Positions 11,358 through 21,377 of a stretch of DNA of 64,000 nt are shown here, piece by piece. The notes beneath the pieces are model-generated. The model worked only from the letters and a program-made list of their open reading frames with translations. It searched no databases and was not told the origin of the DNA. The number at the start of each line of letters is the position of its first letter. Position 1 is the first letter of the stretch. Source of the stretch: Ilumatobacteraceae bacterium (lineage in GTDB: Bacteria > Actinomycetota > Acidimicrobiia > Acidimicrobiales > Ilumatobacteraceae); NCBI GenBank assembly GCA_963718705.1, contig OY970375.1:3461701-3525700 (forward strand). Direction: 5' to 3'. The position numbers were made by a program, and so were the translations under genes.

Positions 11358-11490
11358 TCTGTGGACAGACAGGTGGACAAGTATGTGGACAAATTACACG
11401 GATGAGAGTTGTATCTGACCTGGTAGCGCGCGCAACTAGGTGGACAAGTGATCAGACAGATTAGGTTCCACATCGATGGACACACCGTGG
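11358..11490. repeat. iteron-like direct repeats of GTGGACA(A/G), 4 strong copies spaced 12-13 bp plus 2 weaker ones, matching the reverse complement of the actinobacterial DnaA box TTGTCCACA
   Basis: tctGTGGACAgacagGTGGACAAgtaTGTGGACAAatt … aggGTGGACAAgtg … gATGGACACaccGTGGATCAC, lying between the int stop and the fic start. Confidence 0.6.
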
Positions 11491-12688
11491 ATCACGTTCA
11501 AGGTCGACCTTGGTCGGATGGGCGCGGAGTTCTGGATGTTGCTCGGCGAGGCGCGATCGAAGTGCGCTCACCTCGCCAACGTGCCGATGCCCCCGAGCTA
11601 CGCCCGCGAGCTACACGAGATCAACCTCTCCAAGGGCGTCCATGCCACCACCGCCATCGAAGGCAACACGCTCAGCGAAGCTGAGGTCGTAGACATCCTC
11701 CGGCATCATCGCCCGGCGGGAGCGGCCGACTACCAGGTACGCGAGGTCGAGAACGTCATCGCTGCGTACAACGGCGTCCTCGATCAGATTCGATCCGGCG
11801 TCACACCACAACTGACACCGGATCTCATCAAGCAGTTCAACCGACAAGTGCTCGCCGGGCTCGAGCTACCCGACAAGGTCGAGCCGGGGGCCGTTCGCAA
11901 GCACTCCGTTGCGGTCGGGCCATATCGCGGGCCTGATTGGGAGAAGTGCGACGACTTCATGGCGCAGATGTGCGAGTGGTTGAACGGGCCATCGTTCTCG
12001 GGCGACGGCAACATGCGCACGCCGGTTGCGATCATCAAGGCCTCGCTCGCTCACCTCTACCTGGCGTGGATCCACCCTTTCGGCGACGGCAACGGAAGAA
12101 CTGCAAGGTTGTGCGAGTACCTCGTGCTGGTGACCTGCGGTGTCCCCACGAGTGCTGCGCACCTGATCTCGAATCACTGCAACAAGACCCGCGACGAGTA
12201 CTACCGGCAGCTCCAGTATGCGAGCGAGAGCGGTGGCGACGTCACGAGATTCTTGATGTACTGCGCCACCGGATTCGTCGAGGGGCTCACGGAACAACTC
12301 CGCTCGATCTACGATCGCCAGTTCCGGCTCACTTGGCAGGAGTATGTCACACAATCAGGTAACCGGACGTGACCCCGACATGCGTGAGCGACGGGCACTC
12401 ATCGCAGAAGCGTTGCTCTTCCGAGAGCCGGTCACGAAGCGAGAGATCCCGCGTCTCACGCCACGACTCGCCGAGATCTACGCCATCAGCGGCCCGAAGA
12501 CGCTCACGCGTGACCTCAACGAACTCGTCTCGCTCGGTCTACTGGAGATTGTTGAAGGCCGATACCAGGCGGACGCCGAAGTACTCGATGAGCCTGCTTC
12601 CGTTGACGGTGCCCCCGGAGCCACCGAGTCTCGCGTAGGCGAAGGTCATCCGTGCGAACTTGGCACGAAGATTCTCTGTTTGGGATGA
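11476..12688 (+). CDS. fic: Fic/DOC family protein (AMPylator-type), one frameshift near 12350 separating the Fic core from its C-terminal winged-helix domain
   Basis: Fic motif HPFGDGNGRTARL in ORF 11476-12372. The C-terminal continuation …PKTLTRDLNELVSLGLLEIVEG is in ORF 12344-12688. Confidence 0.8.
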
Positions 12689-12705
12689 GGTGTCCTGACC
12701 CGAGG

Positions 12706-15700
12706 TCATGCGATGGGCAGGACGAAGAAGCGAGCGCCGTCGGGCAGTACCGAGAGCTGCCGACCGAGGTACGAGCCGAGGCTTCGGTTGCTGGTGGGGT
12801 CGACGTAGCGGATCGATAGGCCGCTGCGTTGACTGGAGATGGCGAACGGGTACTCGTCCCTATCGAATCCGGCAAGCACGGCGATCGATCGGAGCGCGGA
12901 CGTCCGGCGTGTACTCGGCACCGGCGCGATCGATCCGTCGAAGGAGGCGCGGTGCGCCAGTGCGTTGAGCATCGACGACGTGCTCGGCTGCCGATCCGAA
13001 TCGGCCAACCGAGACGCACACGACCCGGCTCACGCTGCACACAGGCGCCACGGCCCTGGCGCGAAGGCTTGCCAATCGAGAACTCGAACTGGCGCCAGCG
13101 CGGTAGGCCGCGACGGTCATGGCAACGGAGAGCAGCGCAGCAGGGTCGAGCTCGATGATTCCGCGACCCATGGATTGGAGGGGCTCGAGAAGTGCGGCGA
13201 CAAGTGCGCGTGGAAGGTCCTCGCCGCCGGATCCCAGCGCCGCCATGGCGAGAGGGGCCACGATGCCCAAGGCAATCGAACACAAGCCTGACGCTGAGCA
13301 CAGCGCACCAACAGCGAACGTCGCCACGAAGAACGCGACCGAAATGGCGGCCCGTCCGACGACGCTGTCGGCCACGAAACCGTAGATCGCTTCGCCGGCA
13401 CGCCCGAGCTGTTTGACGGCTCCAACGCCAGCACCGACAGCCCGGCACAGCAGACACGGGCCGTCGGCGAGGTTGGTGAGTGCGGCGTCGGCAACGGCTG
13501 CGGCGGGCGAAGCCCCGAGCAGCGCGGCCAGGTCGGTTTCGCCGGGCTCGGCCGCCAGCGAGACCAGGCGATCGGCAGAAACAGGGAAGGCGGATGGCGT
13601 TGCCACGGCCAGCAGCGCTCGCGCTGTCCGCCCAGCAACGTCGTCGGCCGGCGCGATGGGGAGCGGCAACTCCGGTAACGCCCGATTGATCGCGGCCGAC
13701 ACGATGTCGTCTGCCGTCACGACGTCGGGCAGATCGATCCCGAGCTCGGCTGGCAGCTGATCGAACCAGGGTGCCCATGGCGCAGCGAGGTGGTCGTGTG
13801 CAGGGACGGTAAAGACACCGTGTGACCCGAAGAGGTCATCGATGAAGTCGCCACCGGTGGCTTCGGCCTTAGGTTCGCCGTTCTCGTAGGTCACCTCACG
13901 GACCTCGTCGTCGTACGCGATCTCGTCGACTCGCCCGCCCACGTACGCGAACCGGCCGGAGCCCTCGCTCGTCTCGAACGAAGATGGTTGCCCGTCGGTC
14001 GACCACGTGAGGTCGGCCCACCGATCGCCCCGTTCAAGGCGACTGGACGCCACACGCCCGTCGATGAGCGTGTCGACGACAACGGTGTCGCCGGCCGAGA
14101 GGCCAACGGGTGCGCCACCCTCGTACCTGGCGGTCGCCGTTACGTCGCCGACCGTGAAGGTCTTCGGCCTCGACTCGTCGTCGTAGCCGACCTCGAGCGA
14201 CCAGTCGTCGACGGTTGCGCTGGAAAGCGCGGGAACGCGACCACTCGAATGACGCGACGCTCTCGCCATCACTGTTGCGCACCGTCTCTGCTCGACCGAG
14301 TCGATCGAGGTCAACGTTCATCACGGCGTCGCCGGCCTGCGCCACCGACGCCAGGATCCCCGGTGCGAGCCAGCCCAGCTCGTAGGTCGTGTCGTCGATG
14401 CTCACTGCGCCCAATACGCCATCGGACCAGGACCAGACTTCGGTCGTGTCGCCGTACGCCACGGTGGCGACTTCGCCGTTCGAACCGTAGGTGATCGACG
14501 CCTCCAACCCGTGGGCAAGTCGATACGAGTCGACGGCGTCGTGAGCCCCGTACTCGAAGGTGGCATCTCCGTCCGCCGTAGTTGCAGAAGTGACCCTCCC
14601 CTGAACGTCGCGTTCGAAGCGAACCACGTCGTCCCCGTCCGACGTCATCGCTCCGAGATCGAAGGTGTCGCCAGTCCAGTCGTACGCCCTCACCTCGCCA
14701 TCGACCAACGCCGTCTCGGGTCGGCCGAGGTCGTCCCACTCGTACGACAGCGTGCCCGTTGGCGCGTGGACGGTGTTGAGATTGCCAGCCGCGTCGTACT
14801 CGTAGTTCCACGACGCATTCCCGACGGCCGACGACGTGAGGCGTCCACTGGCCTCGTAGCCATACCGGTACTTCGACCCTGCAGATGTGCTCACGTCGGT
14901 GAGCAGGTCACCGTGCCAGCGCAACTCGGCCGTCACTGAACCATCGGATACCGTCGAAACGCGACCGCCCGGCGTGTACGTCAAGGAGTACCACGTGCCA
15001 TCTGGAAGCCGGATGTGAGCGAGGCGGCCGAATTCGTCGTATTCGCGTGTCGTCTCACGGCGGTTGACCGTCAGCGCACTCAGTCGGCCCCACTCGTCGA
15101 ATCGTGCCGTGTTCCCGGACTCGTACCGGTACTCCGAAGCACCGTCGGCCAACTGCTCGATGTTGGCGACCGCGTCGGCCGCCGCCGTCAGCTCCGCCTC
15201 GGCGACAGCACTCGTGGTTGTTGTCGGCCCGGAATTGCTCGCTGGTACCTGGTCCGACGCTCTCAAGCGTTCCCACGGTGCCGTACGTGACGCTCAGCTT
15301 CGGTCCGCTCGGAGCGGTGAGTGAGCTGACGAGTCCACCGTCGTAGCTGGCGGTTGACCTGCGACCGGCCGACTCCTCGACAGTTGCTCGCCCCGCCGCG
15401 TCGTACTCGAACCTCGTCGTGAGCACACCGTCCGACACTTGCTGGATCTGTCCGAGCCGATCGCGCTGCACCGTCACACGATAGCCGTCGGCGTCAGAGG
15501 TCTCACTGAGCAGGCCCATCGCGTCGTACTCGAGACGGGTGACGGCCTCGCCGTTGGCGATCGACGCGGGCCGGCCCGACCGGCCGTCGTAGGTGATGCT
15601 CGCCACCCCATCGGACGACTCGTTCCGAACGACCCGACCGAGCTCGTCGACAGTGAAGACGCTTCGTCGACTCGGCTCGAGGGGGCGCGCCTGCACGACC

Positions 15701-16716
15701 TCGAGCTCTGCGGCGGAGCGCCGCTTGATCGTCAACCCCTCACGCGGCCGCTCCTCGTTCATCAGGGCGCCGTTGGAGTACGTACGGCGGAGGAGTAGCC
15801 CGAGGTCGTCGTCGGTCGCTTCGATGAGCTGACGGCCTGAGAACAGGTAGCTGCGGGTTGATCCGCTTGGTTGGGTGATCTGCAGTCGGCCGGGGCCTGC
15901 GACGGCGAATGCCCATCGACCGCCGTCTCGATCCACCAGACCGCTCAGGGATCCGTCGGTGTAGTTGAACGTCCGTCCCGTCGGACCGTCGATCCGGGCC
16001 AAGCGTCCACCCTCGTACGAGTACGCCAACACTTGATCGGCCGCACCAACGGTCGCAAGGTAACCGCCCTCATACTCGTAGGCCACGGATCGCCCGTCGG
16101 CCGACGATGCCCGGACGAACGCGACCATCGACAGAGCTCGAGTTCGACCCTCGCCACTTCTTCTGCTCCGACCGGAGACAGGCGTGAGTGTGGTCTGTGT
16201 CCACTCGGCCTCGGTACACAGTGCGGCGTCCGGGCAGATCGTTCTGGGTCTACCGCCGTCGTCGAACTCGATGGATGACCCGTCGGCGAAGTCGACGGTG
16301 GCACCCGGCTCGGGCCGAGTGAGCGGTTCCGCTGGCACCGGCCCGACGATTGTTCCCCGTTCGAGATGGACGTCCCAGAGCGTTTCCCAGCCGATACCGA
16401 ACAACGCACCGCGATGCCCGGTCCAGATCCGTTCGACGGACAGCGCTCCAGTTGTGTCCGGCATCGCCAGATCAACCACCGATTCAACGACTGCGAGCTC
16501 TGGCAACATCACCAAGTCAGCGGTACAGAGAGCCGAGCAAAGGTGATCAAGCGTCGCTGGACCGTCCCTGAAGACGGGCTCGAACCAAGCGACGGCTTCA
16601 TCGTCACCACCGAACCAAGAACACCCGGCGACGAGTGAGAAGGTGACGGTCCATACGGTCAGCCGTGGCAGAGTCCCGCACCGCCTCGATCGCGTTCTTC
16701 GGTGCTGCTCCGCCAA
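12706..16716 (-). pseudogene. large YD-repeat (Rhs/teneurin-like) secreted protein, frameshifted into at least 3 pieces, with N-terminal lipobox-like signal
   Basis: Signal LTVWTVTFSLVAGCSW. GALFGIGWETLWDVHL. Many YD repeats (YSYEGGRLARIDGPTGRTFNYTDGS, RFEYDAAGRATVEES, YEYDAAGNLNTVHAPTGTLSYEWDDLGR). The pieces are 16716-15055, 15266-14034, 14314-12860 and 13008-12706 in different frames. No DPxGL Rhs-core motif was seen. Confidence 0.6.
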
Positions 16717-17029
16717 CCACCACAGACAGCGTATGCCACCGATCGGTGACCAGATCCACGGTCAAGCGGTGATCAGAGCGCAGGTCGGCAGTGCAACGAT
16801 GGTCGGCTCGATCACCGTGCCCATCGCGATCGAAGACCCGGACCGACACAAATGGTTCACCGAACGCCGAGATCCCGGCCTCGATCGCCACGAAAGCTCC
16901 GTCGTCGCCCTCAACGATCGCGCCGACCGCCACTTCCTGGCTATCGGCGTCGAGTTCGCCGTTCGAAGCCAGCGTAAGCACGAAACTGCAACGTGTCAGT
17001 GCGTCGTCGTACACCTCGTCGACTGTCAT
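16604..17029 (-). CDS. hypothetical protein (141 aa) upstream of the YD-repeat gene, overlapping it
   Basis: ORF with an ATG start. No recognisable motif. Confidence 0.25.
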   Translation of the reverse strand: MTVDEVYDDALTRCSFVLTLASNGELDADSQEVAVGAIVEGDDGAFVAIEAGISAFGEPFVSVRVFDRDGHGDRADHRCTADLRSDHRLTVDLVTDRWHTLSVVVGGAAPKNAIEAVRDSATADRMDRHLLTRRRVFLVRW

Positions 17030-17247
17030 CCTTCACCTCCCTTCCCGCGCCGTCGAAACGACGTCCTCACATGTATGTGCACGGAAGCACACGATTTTTC
17101 GGACATCGAGCTTGGTCCGCCGTTCGCCGTGAGCCGTTTGCGAGACTTACTTCCGATGTGGGCCGAGCCAGCGATTGGTGGGTGGCTGGTGTCGTCGGAA
17201 AGATGGTGGCCTCCGCGTTCGGACAACGACGCTTGGAGTTCGGCTCC

Positions 17248-17769
17248 ATGATCTGGACCCAAACAATGATCCGCGACCTGCGGTGCGCCACGAAGACTCG
17301 TGGCGGGTACTGGCCCGATGATCTGGTCAACACGAGCACGCCCGGTTCAGATGTCATCGTGTCGCTCAACGACCTAGTGGTCGGTGGCGTCCTGTTCGAG
17401 TGCTCCGTCCGGCTACGTCGCGGTCAGCACGACGTCGCCGACTACTCGGTGATCCTCATGGTGAGACACCACGACACGGGGCAGGAGCTTCGACTAATGC
17501 GAGCGAACGGCCCACACCCCAGCCCGCACCGGAATCAACTGGACAAGCGGATGTGCTACGTCCCACCCGAGACCTCGCACGTTCACTACCTCACCGAGCG
17601 CTACCTACAGGCCGAGAACGCCGGGCTGCGCATCCAGCACGACGGATTCGCGATCCGCACCCGCCCCTACCTGCATGTCCACGACGCGATCGAAGTGCTC
17701 ACCGCGCGTGCGCATATCGTGAGTGCCACACCCACCCTTCAAGCTGGATGGGGGAAGTACCTGCCATGA
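17248..17769 (+). CDS. hypothetical protein
   Basis: ORF 16993-17769 with a likely internal start at MIWTQTMIRDL. No recognisable motif. Confidence 0.25.
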   Translation: MIWTQTMIRDLRCATKTRGGYWPDDLVNTSTPGSDVIVSLNDLVVGGVLFECSVRLRRGQHDVADYSVILMVRHHDTGQELRLMRANGPHPSPHRNQLDKRMCYVPPETSHVHYLTERYLQAENAGLRIQHDGFAIRTRPYLHVHDAIEVLTARAHIVSATPTLQAGWGKYLP

Positions 17770-17835
17770 ACCCACCGCCAAGCACCTTCACCTGGGCCGA
17801 AGCGCTCAACGCGCGACTGGTGCGACCAGTTCGCG

Positions 17836-18577
17836 GTGACGTCGCTTCGTGATGGCGCAGCTGTCATCGAGACGCCGTTCGTCGGCGGCGATGGCGATGG
17901 ACTCGCGATCGTGATCGAGCGCGAGGACGGTGGAAACTGGACCATCACCGATCGCGGCTACACCCGATCGTGGTTCCAACTCGAGGATTTCAACCTCACC
18001 GCACCGCGCACCGAGCAACTGGCGCGGGTTGCTCAAAGATTCGGCGGCACCTGGGAGAACGAGGTGTTCAGCGTGGTGCAGCCGCGTCCGCCCGATGCCG
18101 ATGACATCGGGCGCTTCGTGCAGATGCTCGCCCAAGCTCATGCCATCCCTGACCTGCAGCGCATCGTCGAAGGTTCCGAGGAGCAATTTCGTACCATCGC
18201 GCACCGACACATACGGAATCGCACTCGCGCACCAGGATCAGGCGATCGATCACTGGACTGCCGATCGTGACCCACAGCAACTGTTTCCGGCCGACATGCT
18301 CATCCCGTCCCAGACGCAGCCGGTAGCTGCGTTCTTTGCTGCCTCCGAAGACAAGATCAACACCTCACTGATCTCCGCCCATCAGTACCGCGACTGGCAA
18401 CTCGACGTGCACCCGATCATCGTCTACAGGATGTCGGGCCGCCCACGGGCCATCGATAAGGCCGCGATGGCGCTTGGCAACGACGACGTGATCGCGCTCG
18501 TCCAGAACACGCAGTTCGAGTACCGGCAGACCGAACGACGACTCAAGGATCTCGGAGTGGAGTTGACTGCGGCCTGA
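17836..18577 (+). CDS. hypothetical protein, frameshifted (two overlapping ORFs 17836-18270 and 17930-18577 read as one protein); possible DUF1828/DUF1829-like
   Basis: Continuous protein-like sequence across the two frames. The assignment is only a loose resemblance. Confidence 0.25.
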
Positions 18578-18925
18578 TCGTGCTCGCCCGTAGTTGCCCG
18601 TGAGCATGTCGAGGCGGCGAGATCACGGTCCACCGCCTGGGTCACAAGCTCCGAGCGACTGGGCGCCTCCGTGAAAGTGGAGCAGCGATCGCAGGCTGCA
18701 CCGAGGGCCCCGTCGGCAACGTCTCGGGCGGCGTGCAGTTGCCCCCGGGCGTGAGCATGGTCCACAGGCGACCGTGCGTCACCCGATACAACACGATGCC
18801 AGCGGTCCGGGGTGGCTTGAGCAACCACTTTCGTCCAAGTGGGTTCGCAGGGGCAGGTCCCCGGTGCAGATCACGTCACGCAGGCGCCATCGTCAGATGC
18901 GCGAACCGAGAACTTGCGCGCGCAA

Positions 18926-18946
18926 GGGTAGAAGTCCGGTAGAAGT
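18926..18946. repeat. arm-type repeats gGGTAGAAGTccGGTAGAAGTc, same motif as at 1009-1064
   Basis: Read directly. Located 45 bp inside the attR-side core repeat. Confidence 0.7.
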
Positions 18947-18990
18947 CAGCCCTTCCGGACGCAAAGAAACCCCTGCTGAGCAGGGGTTTC

Positions 18991-19015
18991 TCAGTGGGCG
19001 AGGGGGGACTTGAAC
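18991..19015. repeat. attR-side direct repeat (25 bp, identical to 889-913), lying within the tRNA-Leu 3' end
   Basis: Exact 25-mer match. Confidence 0.8.
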
Positions 19016-19077
19016 CCCCACACAGTTACCTGTACTAGCACCTGAAGCTAGCGCGTCTGCCATTCCGCCACTCGCCC
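18995..19077 (-). tRNA. leuT: tRNA-Leu (anticodon CAG), type II with long variable arm, 83 nt, no encoded CCA
   Basis: Reverse complement GGGCGAG-TG-GCGGAATGGCAGACGC-G-CTAGC-TTCAGGT-GCTAG-TACAGGTAACTGTGT-GGGGG-TTCAAGT-CCCCC-CTCGCCC-A folds as a cloverleaf. Anticodon loop TTCAGGT gives CAG. Followed by a 7-bp stem hairpin (cccctgc-tga-gcagggg, 18971-18987) inside an 11-bp complementary flank (aaacccctgct / agcaggggttt). Confidence 0.9.
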
Positions 19078-19093
19078 GAGTGGAATGCGAAGG

Positions 19094-19994
19094 CTAGCTG
19101 GCGCGGCGATGCGCCGACAACGCCGACACGTGCTCGGCGCCGATGCCGCAACAGCCGCCGACCATGGTGGCGCCGGCGTCGATCCAACGCTGCGCCAACT
19201 CGGCGTAGGCCTCGGGTGTCACGTCGGATCGCAGCTCGTGCATCCCCGCATTGGCCGAAGCCTCAGGGCCGCTCTCCGCCATCACGAACGAGTTGGCGTA
19301 CACACCGATCGGCAGCGCCGTCACCGCTCGCGCCGCTCGCACGGCAGGTTCCATCACCTCGGGCTGGCTGCAGTTGAACGACACCAGCTCGGCACCCAGC
19401 CGCTCGGCGGCACGCACCGCATCGGCCACCGACTCGCCGGAGCGGATCACGGGCTCACCCGCAGCCCGGTCGGCGGCATCCTCGACCGTGAACGACACCC
19501 ACAACGGCAGCGTGGACCCGTGCGCATCGAGCACCTCGCGCACCAGCTCGATCTCGGCGATCGACGACTGGGTCTCGGCCAACCACACGTCGACAGCCGG
19601 CGCCTGGCCCTCGACCAACACGTCCAGCAGCGGGCGCGCCGCGTCGGCGGTGAACAACTCGGGGGCATAGGAGCCGAGCACCGGCGGCAGGCAACCCGCC
19701 ACCCGAACGCCCGGGCGGGCATCGGCAGCGGCGCGTGCCAGTTGCCCGGCCAGCGTGGCGAGGCGCAGGCCGTCGCTGACGAATCGCTCGTCACCGATGT
19801 GGAACGGCACCAGCGCATAGGCGTTGGTGGTGATCACGTCGGCGCCGGCGCGCACATACTGGTCGTGGACGAGGCTCACGTGGGCGGGCGACTCGAACAT
19901 CGCCAGCGCCGACCATTCCGGCTGCCGGAACGGTGCGCCGATCCGGGCCAGTTCGCGGCCCATCCCGCCATCGAGGATCGTGATCGCCGTCATC
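19094..19994 (-). CDS. mmuM: homocysteine S-methyltransferase (MmuM/HMT family)
   Basis: MTAITILDGGMGRELARIG…VITTNAY…MVGGCCGIGAEHV motifs. Confidence 0.85.
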
Positions 19995-20186
19995 GTCGCG
20001 ACGCTACCGCCGAGCCCGACCCCTCCAGTCGTCGCTTGGCGACGCTGCCAGGTCGTCTTTTCGTGGCCCGTCTCCCAGATTTTCGTGCCGTCGTGGCCGG
20101 GCTCCAACCGAGCACGCCAACCCAGCCCCACAACGGTTCCGGGTGCCGGGGGGACGTGCACCGGGGCAAGTAGCCTTGCCACGACC

Positions 20187-20846
20187 ATGGGCATGCAAGG
20201 ACTGGAGCAGCGCCTAGAGCGTATGGTCGAGGGCGTGTTTCGCCGTTCGCGCAACTCCATCCGCCCCATCGAGCTCGGTCGCCGCCTCATTCGTGAGATG
20301 GACGATCAGCGCAGCGTCGACGTCAAGGGCAACCGCGTCGTGCCGAACGAGTTCGCGGTGCTGCTCTCAGCGGTCGACCACAACGGTTTCGCCGACATCG
20401 AGGACGCCCTGCGGACCGAACTCGTGGAGGCCGTGCGCGAGTACGCCCGCGAGGAGAGCTACCACTTCATGGGGCCGGTGCGGGTCGACCTGCGCGTCGA
20501 CAACTCGCTCAAGCCGGGCCGCTTCGGCATCGCCAGCCAGATGAAGCAGGCCGAGGCCGGCAAGCGCCCCGGCTCGATCGTCATGCCGACCGGCGAGCGG
20601 ATCGAACTCACCGACGAACGCAACCTGATCGGTCGCCTCGCCGACTGCCGGATCACGATCTCCGACGGCAACACCAGCCGCCACCACGCCGAGATCCGTC
20701 GCGCCGGCAGCGGCTTCGTGATCACCGACCTCGGTTCCACCAACGGCACCTCGGTCAACGGCGAGCGGCTCACCGCCGATCGCCGCCTGACCGACGGCGA
20801 CCTGATCACCGTCGGCACGATCGGCCTCCGCTTCGAGGCCTCCTGA
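20187..20846 (+). CDS. fhaA: FhaA-like protein (DUF3662 N-terminal domain plus C-terminal FHA domain)
   Basis: MGMQGLEQRLERMVEGVFRRS…, then an FHA domain (RITISDGNTSRHHAEIRRAGSGFVITDLGSTNGTSVNG). Position matches the mycobacterial fhaA next to leuT. Confidence 0.85.
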   Translation: MGMQGLEQRLERMVEGVFRRSRNSIRPIELGRRLIREMDDQRSVDVKGNRVVPNEFAVLLSAVDHNGFADIEDALRTELVEAVREYAREESYHFMGPVRVDLRVDNSLKPGRFGIASQMKQAEAGKRPGSIVMPTGERIELTDERNLIGRLADCRITISDGNTSRHHAEIRRAGSGFVITDLGSTNGTSVNGERLTADRRLTDGDLITVGTIGLRFEAS

Positions 20847-20864
20847 CAGCGCTGCCCACCCACG

Positions 20865-21362
20865 ATGCCCGACTCCGTCCTCGACATCCTCAAGATCGTG
20901 CTGCTGGTACTGCTGTACCTGTTCTTCGCACGCGTCCTGTGGGCGGTGTGGAGCGAGGTCCGGCAACCGGCCAACGGCCGCGGCACGATCGACTTCGCCC
21001 ATGCCGGCGCGCCGGCGCCCACGCCGGCTGCCGCCCACGCCGCGACCCGGCAGCCAGGCCGCCGCGATCAGCCCAGCCGGCTGGTGGTGATCGAACCGAA
21101 GGATCGACGCGGCACCACATTCGCACTGACCGCTGCGCTCACCATCGGCCGCGAGCCCGACAATGCAATCCGCATCGACGACAACTTCCTGTCGGGCCAC
21201 CACGCCAGCGTGGGGCCCAACCAGGATGGTGTCGTCACGCTCACCGACCTCGGGTCGCGCAACGGCACCTTCCTCAACGCCAACAAGATCACCGAGCCGC
21301 GGTCGATCAAGACGGGCGACCGGATCCAGATCGGCTACACCGTGTTCGAGGCCCAGTCATGA
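20865..21362 (+). CDS. fhaB: FHA-domain membrane protein FhaB/FipA-like
   Basis: N-terminal TM helix and a C-terminal FHA domain (…NAIRIDDNFLSGHHASVGPNQDGVVTLTDLGSRNGTFLN…). Confidence 0.8.
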   Translation: MPDSVLDILKIVLLVLLYLFFARVLWAVWSEVRQPANGRGTIDFAHAGAPAPTPAAAHAATRQPGRRDQPSRLVVIEPKDRRGTTFALTAALTIGREPDNAIRIDDNFLSGHHASVGPNQDGVVTLTDLGSRNGTFLNANKITEPRSIKTGDRIQIGYTVFEAQS

Positions 21363-21377
21363 ACCGCGAGCACCGAC

